Origin: Blastocladiella emersonii ATCC 22665
Taxonomy: Eukaryota > Fungi > Blastocladiomycota
DNA length: 64,000 nt
Assembly (NCBI GenBank): GCA_025594325.1
Contig: JANHCV010000001.1
Coordinates: forward strand, 3,162,001-3,226,000
Direction of reading: 5' to 3'
The notes below the pieces were generated by a model that saw only the letters and a program-made list of their open reading frames with translations, searched no databases and was not told the DNA's origin. The translations under genes and the position numbers were made by a program. Positions 47,101 through 57,752 of the stretch are shown here, one piece after another (within the stretch, counting starts at the first letter, position 1; every line of letters starts with the position of its first letter).

Positions 47101-48403
47101 TGGAGCAGGTTGACCTTGCGCATGAGGTTCTCGACCTTGACGGTCGCGGCGGCCGCGCTGCTGGCCTGCTGTTGCTGGGCCAGCGCGGCGGCGGGCGGCG
47201 CGGCGCGGAGCTTCTTGACCGTCTGCTCGAGCTCCTGGTTCTTGCTGGCGAGCGCGAGCACCTTGGCGTCGAGTTCCTGGTTCTGCGCCGACAGCAGCGC
47301 GAGCTTGCTGCGCATCGCGTCCGTCTCGCGGTTGCGCGCGCGCTCGAGCGACGCGTGCCGCTGCGCCACCAGGTTGTCGGCGCTCTGGCTCGTCGGGATC
47401 GACGCCAGCTGCACGCTCTGCTTGCGCGGCGGCGGCGCGTCCATGAACTGCTGCGCGCGCGGCGACAGCGGCGCGCCCTGCGGCGGCGAGCGCTGGCCGC
47501 GGGTCTGCGGGGACGACGCGGCAGACGCGCCGGCGGCGGCGGCGGCGGCACGCGGGCCGAGCGGGGAACCGGGCGGGGTCACGACGCGGCGCGTCGGCGG
47601 CGACGCCGCGGGCAGCTCCATGGGGATCTGGAGCGGCGTGAACTCGGGCCCGCTCGGGCGGCGCTGCATCTGCGGGTGCTGGGGCGGGGTTGGTGGCGGG
47701 GCCGAGGCAGGCGGCGGGGTCGCGCTGTTAGCGCCGTTGCTGGCGCCGTGGGCGAGGGCGACGCGCGAGGCGACCACGTCGTCGAGGCGGCGCTTGAAGA
47801 TGCGCTCCTTGATCTCGGCCTGGCGCTTGAGGAACTTGACGAGCTCGGTGGCGAGGATCTCGACGCGCTTGTTGGAGAACTCGAGCTGGCGCGCCGCGTC
47901 GCGCTGCGACCGCTTGTCCGACGACACATTGGCCATGCTCTGCGCTGAGTTGCGCACCGACACCTCGTAGTCGAGCTTGCGCTCGTATTCTGTCAAGCGT
48001 GGCGCGGGTTAGTCTCGAGGATACCGCGTAGCGCGTATGTATGCATACCTCGGATGATCACGTCGAGAATTTGAACGTCCTAGCGCGAACGTCGTGGTCA
48101 GTCCGAGTCTTCCGTGGTACGCGGAAGCATGAGCCGTACCTTGAGCAGGTTCTGGAGGTCTCCAGCGCCGCCGGGGCCCGACAGGAGCGGGTTGCCGGGG
48201 ATCTGCATCGGCTGCTGCGCCTGGGGCGGCATCTGGATGGGCATCTGCATCTGCATCTGCTGCTGCTGCGGCTGCGGCTGCTGCTGCGGCTGCGGCTGCT
48301 GCTGCATCATCTGGGCCTGAGGATGTTGCTGTTGTTGTTGGTGGTGGAACTGGGGCCCAGGCCCCGGCGGCGAGCCGAGGCTCGAGTAGAAGGGCGTGGA
48401 CAT
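38133..48403 (-). CDS. Giant (~3,360 aa) coiled-coil protein with polyQ N-terminus and HR1/Uds1-like domain; exons 48403-48140, 48079-48049, 47989-46311, 46250-38133
   Basis: All three GT-AG junctions keep frame; DVQILDVIIREYERKLDYEVSVRNSAQSMANV...SNKRVEILATEL is HR1/Uds1-like; about 2,700 aa of A/E/L/R-rich helical sequence. Confidence 0.75.
39537..40215 (-). repeat. ADYE(H/Y)L repeats, spaced 30/37 aa, forming a 97-aa higher-order unit
   Basis: DY motifs at 39537, 39627, 39717, 39828, 39918, 40008, 40119, 40209 (spacings 90, 90, 111, 90, 90, 111, 90 nt). Confidence 0.9.
41480..42040 (-). repeat. 109-aa (327-bp) internal duplication in the giant coiled-coil gene
   Basis: LERAAA..EAKYQQAN.TVIALQNQVAQLS.ELEE.EAAC.AHQ...AAR.KAEKLAQTV occurs twice; CTGGTAC anchors at 41664 and 41991. 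Confidence 0.85.
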
Positions 48404-48714
48404 GGTCGTGGTCGCGGACAAGGATCGAGTGGAAGGCGGCGGCTGCAGGCCCGCTGCAGCAAGTCAATGGTCGGTCGGATCTCCGACTCCGTGGTCCTTA
48501 TGCTTCGTTGAAAGTGAGGTTGCGGAGAGAGGGGGAGCAGGAGAAGAGAAGGCGAAGGCGTCTCCCAGCGCGGCGCGTCGGTGTGGCGCGGTCGCGAGCC
48601 GAGCCGCGTGCCGAGGACCACTCACGCTGGGCGCGTGGTCATAGCTCTAAGCCACCGCCACCATACGGGCGATGAAAAAGTATTACATGTGATACGCGGG
48701 AACATCGGGATATC

Positions 48715-49736
48715 TCACTCGTTGATGTCGAGGCGCTTGAGGTGGTGCTCGATCTGGCGCACGCGCTCCTTGTCGCCGCGGTGGTGGGCGAGGATCAGCT
48801 CGCCCTCGAGCTCCTCGTCGCTGAGCCCCGGCGGGTTGGTGGCGGCGATGGAGGCGACCTCGATGTGGAAGGGCCCGTCCTGCTTGACGACCGAGATGCT
48901 GAAGGCCTCGACGTTGGCGAGCGGCAGGTCGCGCTGGTTGTCGAGCACAAAGCCCTTGTGGGTCAGGATGAAGTGGCGGAACGGGATCTGGAACGTGTGC
49001 CAGTCGGCCGAGTCGAACTTGAGCGGGTACTGGTACAGGTCGAGCTCGGCGTACGTCGTGGCCTTGATGTTGAGGAAGAACTGGCGCGGCGACGCGCCCT
49101 CGCCGCGGGACCCGGCCGCCGTCGCGTCAACGACCTGCTGGTTGAGCGGGACCGGTGGCGCAGGCTCGTCGCTGTTCCACCCGCCCGACACGGGCGGCGG
49201 GAGGAGCTCCTCCTCCTCGGCCGTGGCGGTAGCGGCGGCGGGTTCTGGAACAGCCTTCTCGGCCTCGGCGGCGGCGGCGGCGGTGCGTGGGCTCAGGTCG
49301 CGGGCGACGAGCTCGAGGTAGCTGTAGCGGGTCAGGTCGTGGTTGGTCTGGCCGAACAGCGTCCTTGGCAGCAGGCGGGTCTTGAGGCCGGCGTATCCGG
49401 ACGCCACGTACTTGCAGTCGGCGGGCACCTCGGTCGAGACGTGGCCGCGGAACACGGCGGCGGGGTGCGCGGCGTCGCCGTTGTGCTCGAGGACGGCCTC
49501 GGACCGGCCGCCCAGGGCCTTGTCGCTGCCCACGACCAGGTCCTTGAGCGAAGCCTCGTCCTTGAACGTGTACAGCTCGAGGCGGCGCGGCAGGTCCGCG
49601 GGGGACATGCGTAGGACTAGAGGGTGGGTCGGGAGGAGATCAGGACCGGCATCATTGACGACACGGGAGATCGATGCCGACCGTTGGAGGCGTCCTTGGT
49701 GGCGCGCTCGACGGAGCGGCGCAGGAACCCGAGCAT
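48715..49736 (-). CDS. CIA30: Complex I intermediate-associated protein 30 (NDUFAF1), 2 exons
   Basis: MLGFLRRSVERAT presequence; VVGSDKALGGRSEA, AVFRGHVSTE, SGYAGLKT, WHTFQIPFRHFILTHKGFVLDNQ, DGPFHIEVASI. Confidence 0.85.
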
Positions 49737-50138
49737 GGCGGTTTGGTGGTGCAGTGCCGTTGCAGCAAGTCGCGGTCAATGGAAGGGCGCGCTGCGCGCA
49801 GGATACATGGGTTTGATGGCGGAGACGAAGAGCAACAGCAAGTCGCGTGAGCCGCCGCTTCTGGAACGACCTGCCAAGGCGGCACGCGTCGCTCGCTGTC
49901 TGCCTTCCCCGCTCGCTCGCTCGCTCCCCCTCTCTCCCGCCTGCAGCGCTGCCGTATGATAAAGCAGCTGTAACCAGCGCCACGCAACGCACTCGACAGT
50001 AGAGGGAGACCACGATCCTCCCCGCCAGCACACTCATTCGCGTCACACACGCACACGTACACGGCCACCGCGTCGCAGGACCCGACCTCCACCTCCACCT
50101 CTACCGCACCCAACACCACCACCACCAGTCGCACAGCC

Positions 50139-51619
50139 ATGTCCTGGTACGACGCACTTGCCCGCGCACGCCTCCACGACGCGCGACGTAACCATTCCGG
50201 TACGCGTGTAGGAAGGGCTTCGTCAAGGCGGTGCAGCGTCTGCCGCACCAGGTGCTGGCGCGCACGGGCAACGCCGACAGCACGCTGGACGAGGAGTTTG
50301 AGGTGCTGAACGCGCAGTTCGAGGCGCTCAACGAGGCGGCGAGCGCGCTGCAGGGCGACGCGACCAAGTTCAAGAAGGCGGTCGAGACCATGCTGGCGCA
50401 CCAGCACTCGTTTGCGACGACGCTGCTCGAGGTCTTCTCGCCCATCGCCGCGGGCACGGGTGCGTCGCCCGTGCCGTCGGCCGACGGCGGGACTACGAGC
50501 GGGTCGACGTCGCCCGTGCCGTCGCTCGCGCGCACTCGGTCGCTCAAGCGCCACCACACGCCGTCCGAGTCGCTCGAGGCCGTGGGCGCGTACCAGCGCA
50601 ACCTCGAGGCCGTGCGCGACCCGATCCTGCAGGACCTGTCGACGGTCGACCGCCGCATCATCCAGCCCACGGCCGACCTGCTCGAGGTGTTCAAGGCCAT
50701 CCGCAAGACCATTGTCAAGCGCAACCACAAGCTCGTCGACTACGACCGCCACCGCGGCGACGTGGCCAAGCTGCGCGCCGCGCCCGCCAAGGACGCCAAG
50801 GACGAGCGCCGCCTGATCCAGACCGAGCAGTCGCTGCAGCAGGCCACCCACGAGTTTGCCGTGCTCAACGACGCCATCAAGGCCCAGCTCCCGCAGTTCC
50901 TGCGCCTGCGCGTCGCCTTCATCGACCCGTGCTTCCAGTCGCTCTACCTCCTGCAGCTCAAGGTCTACCGCAACCTCGCCGCCATCACCGACTCGCTGCG
51001 CGCCTTCCCGCAGCAGATCGACTTCGCCACCCCGACCGTCCCCGGGTTCCAGGCCAAGCACGCCCAGGTCGAGGACCTCATCAACAAGCTCACCATCCTC
51101 AAGTTCACCCCCGCCGCCCTCGCCGCCGCCACCGCCGGCCAGCCACTCCCCGGCCAGCCCGGGGCGGCGCCCAACGGGACCGTGTCGCCCGCCGCGGGCG
51201 CACCGGGGGCACCCGCCGGCACGCTGCCGCAGTACACGACGCTGCCCACCGCTGGCTCCAAGTCGCCCGTCCCGACCATGGTCACGGGCGTCCCCACGGG
51301 CTCGCCGTACGGCGCCGCTGCTGCCGCGGGCGGCGGCAAGGCGGCGTACGCTGCGCCACCCACGGCGCTTGCCGCCGGCGGTCTCGCCGCTGCGTCGATG
51401 CCCGTGCCGAAGCCCGCACCACCGGTTCCGGCAGCGGCGCCCGCGGTGCTCAAGGTGGTGTCGGCGCTGTACGATTTCGAGGGCCAGCAGGCCGACGACC
51501 TGCCGTTCCGCGCAGGCGACCGCATCGAGGTGCTCGAGGCGACCGACTCGCAGAACGACTGGTGGAAGGGCCGGTGCCACAGCCGCACCGGCTTCTTCCC
51601 CGCGAATTACACGCAATGA
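50139..51619 (+). CDS. RVS167: Amphiphysin-type N-BAR + SH3 protein; 8-nt first coding exon
   Basis: MSW|KGFVKAVQRLP; KRNHKLVDYDR; LNDAIKAQLPQF; SH3 ALYDFEGQQADDLPFRAGDRIEVL...WWKG...GFFPANY. Confidence 0.88.
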
Positions 51620-51684
51620 GCGGCGAGCTGTACCAACTTCCGTTGTGTGGATACACTGTTTGACTGTATTGCTGTTGGTGCTTA

Positions 51685-53034
51685 CTACTCGACGCACACG
51701 CCGTCAAACTGGGCGTAGATGACCATACTCAGCTGCTGCAGCTGGTCGGTCCGCGACAGCGTGGCAATGTACTCGTTGGGCACGCCGTTGATGACACCAT
51801 GCACGAGCTGCTTGGCGTGCGGCAGGAGCGCGGCGAGGGGCACGTCACTGCGCACGTCGGCGCTCGTGATGCGCGGGAACGCCAGATCCGCGAGCTGCGC
51901 ATGCATCTGCGCGAACACGGCGTCGAAGCACGCCGTCAGCGCGTCGCGCGCATGCGGGGCCTCGAGCACGTCGCGCGCCTCGTCCAGCAGCCGGCGCAGC
52001 GTCGGGTCCGCGACCGCGGCGTCGGCTGCCGCGATCCCGCCCGCGCGCAGAACGGCTGCCTCGTCGTGTTCCGCGGGCAGCATCATGCCCGCCACGTCGA
52101 ACGGCGCGAGTGCGTCACCGTCGGTCGCGGTGGTGGCCTCGACGCGGGCGCGGACGGCGGCGAGCATGGAGTCGAGGTCGTCGCGCGTCAGCGGCTTCTT
52201 GAGCGGGACGCCGCCGAACACCGACTCGACAGCGACGCGGACGCGCGCGGCGCAAGCGCGCCACCCCGAGTGCAGCAGGTGGTACGAGAAGGTCAGGAAC
52301 ACGGACTCGGTGTGCTGCGGCAGGAACCGCGGCGGCGGCTGCAGCGCGGTGGCGGTCGCGATCGAGTCGGGCGACGCAGGGTCGTACACGACGCTGTCGA
52401 GGTACATGAGGCGGCCAATCAGGTTCAGCTGCACGCGCGTCAGCACCGTCAGCATCGACACGGCGTACAGCGCGGTGATGAGGCGGGTCAGGTCTACACC
52501 CGATAAAGGTCAGGTTCGGGTTCGCGACAGCGGTTATGGTGATACGCACTGACGATCTTGAGCTCGTGCCACAGCTCGGCCTTGGACATGTGCTCGTACT
52601 CGTCGACATTGCCGCCGCCGGCGACCGCGGCGGGCGCAGCGGGCGCGTCGTCGCCGTTCTCGCCCATGGCAGCGGGCGCCGCGGGGGCGGGGGCGCGGCG
52701 CGACTGCAGCGCGGCGGCCAGCTTCTCGGCGTTGAGCTCGGCGAACATGGTCTCGGCGAGCTCGGGCAGCAGCGCGAGCACGGTGAAGGTGCAGTCCTGC
52801 TGGTTCTGCTCGAAGCGGCGCTTGATGCTGCGGCGGGCGGATCGCGGGTTAGCGGCGGCTCACGGCACCCAGCTAGGCCGTGGAACCGTACTTTTCGAGA
52901 GCGGCGCGGTCGCGGTAGGCCTGCTCCTGGGCCTCGAAGAAGCGGCGCTTGGCGTACTGGCCGGCGAGGTACGCGCCCGCGGTCAGGCCGCCGAGCCAGA
53001 GCGCCTTGCTGCGGTGGCGCTTGAGGAAATCCAT
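51685..53034 (-). CDS. PEX3: Peroxin 3, 3 exons
   Basis: MDFLKRHRSKALWLGGLTAGAYLAGQYAKRRF; IKRRFEQNQQDCTFTVLALLP; KAELWHELKIV; LNLIGRLMY; FLTFSYHLLHSGW. Confidence 0.9.
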
Positions 53035-53257
53035 TTGTTTGCAACGTTGCTTGAGAGAGAGGAGGGGAGAGAGAAGGGACCGCGGGCGGCGACGCCGACT
53101 TGGCCGGAGCGCGCGGTTCAACCAGCTGGTGATGCCACGCCGTCACACGATGCAAAGTCGCGTCCCTCTCCTCGCTCGTCGTCCCGTCCCCTGCCCTCGC
53201 GACGACGCATCTGCTACGAACCAACTCCTCGGCCGACTCGCCGCAACCCCACCCACC

Positions 53258-54957
53258 ATGTTTCGCAACAAGTCGCGCCGCGCACAGTCGACGGTCGCCT
53301 CGGGCGGGCGCGGCGGGCCCACGACCCTGTCGTCGTCCTCGTCCAACCTCGCGGCGGCGGGGTTCCCCGGCGTCTCGGTGCTGTCGGGCGACGAGTTCCC
53401 GTCGCGCCTCAACTTCTACGGCGTGCCGCCGCTCGACACCATCTCGGTCGACGACTTTGAGATGGCCGCCATCGACCGCCTGCGCGTGCTCAAGGGCCTC
53501 GAGACGGCCCAGATCCGCAACCTCGCCGACGCCGACCTGCAGGCCACGCTAGCCAAGCTCGAGGACGAGTACCTGCCGCTGCACCCAAACGGGAGCGACG
53601 CGCTCCGCTTGTGCGAGGAGCGGCGCCGGGATAACCTGTCCCACTTTGTCCTCCGCCTCGCCTACGCGCGCAGGTACGACGGCTGCTCGGGTGATGGATC
53701 GACTGCTTGCTGATACCTGTGTTCGAACGTGTAGCGAGGACCTGCGATCGTGGTTCGTGCGCCAGGAGACGCTGCTGTTCCGGTACGCGCTCCCTCCCCC
53801 GCTACAACTAGCGCGGCCACTCACCGCCCTCACACAGCCTCCGCCTCGAGCGCGAATCCGCGTCGGAAAAGGTCGCCTTCATCAACGCCATGAACCTCGA
53901 CCTCGCCGAGGTGTCGGCGGGCGAGCGCGACGAGCTGCGCGACGACCTGGTCGCCGTCAAGATGAGCTCGAACCCGACGCTGTCGTACGCCGTGGCGGCA
54001 GCCGAGCTCGACAAGGAGCGGTACTACAAGCTGGCGTGGACGCGCATGCTCGATCTCGTTGGCCGGCGCCGGTGCCTGGTGCGCGGCGGCCACGCGTACA
54101 TTGGGCCGAGCGACCTGCTCGCGCTCGTCGTCAACGAGTACCGCGCGCACCTCGCCAAGCAGCTCGAGCTGACCTCGCGGTTCCTGCCGCGCATGGACGA
54201 GGACGAGCGGCTCGTCCCCGTGCTGACCAACCTCAGCAAGCAGTACCTCGGCCGCGACCAGTACACGCAGTCGGCGACGGGCCGCGTCTCGGCCGACGAC
54301 GTGGACGCGCTCGCCCCGCGCCACTTCCCGCTGTGCATGCGCCACCTGCACGCGCAGCTGCGCGGCAACGGGCACCTGCGCCACGGCGGACGCATGCAGT
54401 ACGGCCTGTTCCTCAAGGGCATCGGCCTCCCCATCGAGGAGGCCCTGACCTTCTGGCGGCGCAACTTCCGCCACCTCACCGACGACACGTTCAGCAAGCA
54501 GTACGCCTACAACATCCGCCACAACTACGGCCTCGAGGGGAAGCGCGCCAACTACGCGCCCTACTCGTGCGTCCGCATCATCACCTCCAACCCGCCGTCC
54601 ACGGGCGACCACCACGGGTGCCCCTTCAAGCACTTTGGGGAAGAGAACCTCCGCCAGGCCATCACGTACCACGGCGTCGCCGAGTCCGACGCCCGCGGGA
54701 TCCTCGAGCTCGCGCGCCAGGGCCACTTCCAGGTCGCATGCACCCGCTTCGCCGAGGCCAGCATCAACGGCGCGCGCGCCGCCGCGGGCCAGCCGCCCGT
54801 CCAGATCGACCCGATCGAGCACCCGAACCAGTTTTACGCGCAGAGCGTACAGCTCACGACGGCGGCGGGGACCGGGGCGGGCGCGGCGGCAGCGGGGTCG
54901 CAGCCAGTGGCTGGACCGGTCCCACCACCAACGATTCCTCCGACGCCGGTTGCCTAG
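53258..54957 (+). CDS. PRI2: DNA primase large subunit, 3 exons
   Basis: LNFYGVPPLDTISVDDFE..AIDRL; RRDNLSHFVLRLAY; WFVRQETLLFR; FPLCMRHL...HLRHGGRMQYGLFLKGIG; YSC; HGCPFKH; QVACTRF (4Fe-4S cysteines). Confidence 0.93.
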
Positions 54958-55084
54958 TAGAGAAACGGACGGGTGGTATGGCACACGTTGATACATTTAG
55001 GAGGTTTGCGACAGAAGAGTATAGGTAGGGGTAGAGAGGGACGACGGCGAATCAAGCGCCGCCACAATCGACAAGGGAGCGCAA

Positions 55085-56050
55085 CTAGCGATTGCGCTGC
55101 TTGACGAGGTTGCCGCGGGCGAGCACGAACAGGAGCAGCGTGTACTTGTCGATCTGGTCCTTGAGCAGGAACAGGAGGGCCTGCGAGAAGACGGCCTTGA
55201 GGATCTGCGGCTGCATGCCCTTGTACCAGCCCTGGAGGCCCTCGGACTTGGCCACCTTGCGCAGCACGTCGACGGCGCCCTTGTACTGGAAGCGCGGGTC
55301 GTTGGCGTGCTCCTTGGGCGGCTTGTACTGCATCTTGACCTTGGCCATGATGAGCGGGTAGGTGACGACGGTGGCGAGGGTCTTGGCGGCGGCGCCAATG
55401 AAGAAGACCTCGCCCGCCGACAGCGCGCGGGTCGCGTCGCCCTTGGTCACGAGCTGCTTGAGGCGCTCGAACATGCCGTAGGTGATGGCCGGGTTCGACA
55501 CGAGCACCATGGACGGCTTGAGCCCCTTCCACAGGCCCGTGACGCCCTCGTCGCGCACAATCGACAGCCACGTGTCGCGGAACGACATGCGGCGCGACGG
55601 CGGGGTCGTCTGCTGGCGCGTGATGACGACCGAGACGGGGATCGTGGTGAGCTGCGACAGCGCGCCGGCGGCGGCGCCCAGCAGCAGCTCAATCGCGGTG
55701 GACGAGGCGAAGCCGTTGCGCTTGTGCCAGTCGCGGATCCAGTTGTAGAAGAAGAAGTAGGAGAAGTTGCTGCTCGCGGTGCCCAGCAGGCCCGCCGGCA
55801 GGCCCGCGTACAGGCCCGACAGGCCCTCGGTCTCGAGAATGCACGCCAGCGCGTGCCACATGGAGTGGTACTCGGGCATCAGGTCCTCGTCCTCGACGAA
55901 GGCGCGCCGGCTCGCCTTGAGCGCGGCGCCCGGCGACACCTGCATCCGCGTCTTGACCACGTCCACCGGGTACGTGATGGCCAGCGCCAGCATGGCGCCC
56001 GCCGCGCCCGACAGCGCGTGGCCGAATGGCGGGAGCGATTCCTTGGTCAT
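55085..56050 (-). CDS. ANT1: Peroxisomal adenine nucleotide/CoA carrier (ANT1/SLC25A17 family)
   Basis: GHALSGAAGAMLALAITYPVDVVKTRMQ; NFSYFFFY; LWKGLKPSMVLVSNPAITYGMFE; YPLIMAKVKMQ; YKGMQPQILKAVFSQALLF. Confidence 0.85.
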   Translation of the reverse strand: MTKESLPPFGHALSGAAGAMLALAITYPVDVVKTRMQVSPGAALKASRRAFVEDEDLMPEYHSMWHALACILETEGLSGLYAGLPAGLLGTASSNFSYFFFYNWIRDWHKRNGFASSTAIELLLGAAAGALSQLTTIPVSVVITRQQTTPPSRRMSFRDTWLSIVRDEGVTGLWKGLKPSMVLVSNPAITYGMFERLKQLVTKGDATRALSAGEVFFIGAAAKTLATVVTYPLIMAKVKMQYKPPKEHANDPRFQYKGAVDVLRKVAKSEGLQGWYKGMQPQILKAVFSQALLFLLKDQIDKYTLLLFVLARGNLVKQRNR

Positions 56051-56409
56051 GGTTTCGGTATTAGAGTCGCAGCGAGGGCGATGATTTCATGAGCTAGCCG
56101 TGTAGTGGTTGGGCAGGGAGAGAGAGAGGGCGGGCGGAAGCGTGCAGGATCGCGACGACGGACCGGCGCGGGTCGGGTCGCTCGGCGCCGTGATTTCCGG
56201 GCCGCCCGAGCCTTGCATCATTCGCCGATTCTCCGGGCGCCACACGGCGACGCGCCTCGTCGCAGGTCGCGTCGCACTCACGGGACGGGTCGCCACCCGC
56301 TATTCCTGGCCACGCTTGATCGACACGGTCCTCGTCATGTGAGCGCTCTCTCTTCAGTGTGACGATGAAGCAGCCCATGAATCAGCTCGCTCGCTAGACC
56401 GCCGCCACC

Positions 56410-57633
56410 ATGAGCTCCGCCCTACCTTCCGCACCTCCCGTGACAGAGCGCTCGCCGCTTCTCGCCGCCGAGGTCGTCCCGCGCCACTCTCGCCATCCGC
56501 TGCCGCAACCCGCTGCCGACCACGCCCACGACCGCGACGACGCCACCCCGCCGTCGCCGATCGACCGAAGCAAGGCCCACTCGTACCTCGGAGCTGTGCT
56601 GCTCGTCGTGTGCCTCGTCTCGTTCGTCGTGCAGTCCGAGATCACGTCGCACATCCAGAACCAGATCTCGTTCAAGCGGCCCTACTTCATCCTGTGGTTC
56701 TCGCACAGCTGCTACGCCGTGCTGCTCCCGCTGCAGGCCCTGTTCGCGCTCGCGTCCGACGGCTCGCTGCGCCCGACGCTGCGCTACCTCCGCACCGCCA
56801 TCACGACACTGCACCCGGCGGTTGCGCGGAGCAGGCGGACGCATCACCACCACCACCACCAGCAGCAGCAGCAGCAGCAGCAGCCCGCGGCGACGCGGAT
56901 CCCGTTCGTCCTGCGCATGCTCCTCGTCGCGTTCGGGTCCGCGTTCCCGTCGTACTGCTGGTACGGCGCCGTCTCCATGACCTCGATGACGAGCGTGACC
57001 GCCATCTACAACACCTCGTCCTTCTTCGCCTACGTCTTCTCGGTCCTGTTCGCCGTCGACGGCGAGCGCTTCGCCTTCCGCAAGATGGCCGCCGTCTCGC
57101 TCAGCTTGGTCGGCATCGCCGTGATCGCCGCGGGCACTGCGCCCGTGCCGCCCGAAGAGGGCGTCGCCGCAGTCGTCCCCGCAGCCACCCTCGCCGGCGA
57201 CGCCATGGCGCTCCTCGGCGCCGCCACGTACGGCCTGTACGAGGCCCTGTACAAGAAGTACGCGGTCCCGCCGCGCCCGACCGTCGCCTTTGCCAACTTC
57301 ATCACGGGTATGATCGGCGTCATGACGCTGCTCGTGTTGTGGATCCCGATCCCGCTCCTCGACGCGGCGGGCGTCGAGCCGTTTGCGCTGCCGACGCGCG
57401 AGCAGTTTGGCGCGCTCGCGGCGATTGCCCTCATGGGCCTCATGTTCAACGCGTCGTTCATGCTGGTTATCGCGTTCACGTCGCCCGTCATGGCCGCCGT
57501 CGGGATCATGCTCACGATCCCGTGTATCGCGCTCGCCGACCTCGCCCTCGGCACCGTCGCCAGCATCCCGCTCGCAACGGGGATCGGGTCGCTGCTCATC
57601 TGCATCGGGTTTGTGGTCCTCTCGACGAGCTAG
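56410..57633 (+). CDS. DMT/EamA superfamily transporter (SLC35F/THI74-like), about 10 TM
   Basis: KRPYFILWFSHS, SVTAIYNTSSFFAYVFSV, GDAMALLGAATYGLYEALYK, TSPVMAAVGIMLTIP; His7-Gln8 tract in a loop. Confidence 0.75.
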   Translation: MSSALPSAPPVTERSPLLAAEVVPRHSRHPLPQPAADHAHDRDDATPPSPIDRSKAHSYLGAVLLVVCLVSFVVQSEITSHIQNQISFKRPYFILWFSHSCYAVLLPLQALFALASDGSLRPTLRYLRTAITTLHPAVARSRRTHHHHHHQQQQQQQQPAATRIPFVLRMLLVAFGSAFPSYCWYGAVSMTSMTSVTAIYNTSSFFAYVFSVLFAVDGERFAFRKMAAVSLSLVGIAVIAAGTAPVPPEEGVAAVVPAATLAGDAMALLGAATYGLYEALYKKYAVPPRPTVAFANFITGMIGVMTLLVLWIPIPLLDAAGVEPFALPTREQFGALAAIALMGLMFNASFMLVIAFTSPVMAAVGIMLTIPCIALADLALGTVASIPLATGIGSLLICIGFVVLSTS

Positions 57634-57752
57634 CTGATTTGTGGAACATGTAAACCATTTGAATTCAATGTCTATGATACCTACAGCAGCACCGCGCATC
57701 GTGTTAGTGAACTGCTAGCGAGCGAGCGAATCCCGACCCAGAGCGCGTACCA

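Noticed and set aside
48018-48030. GTATCCT resembling a U12-type donor
   Set aside because: Lies inside an ordinary GTATGC...CTAAC...CAG intron and does not restore frame.
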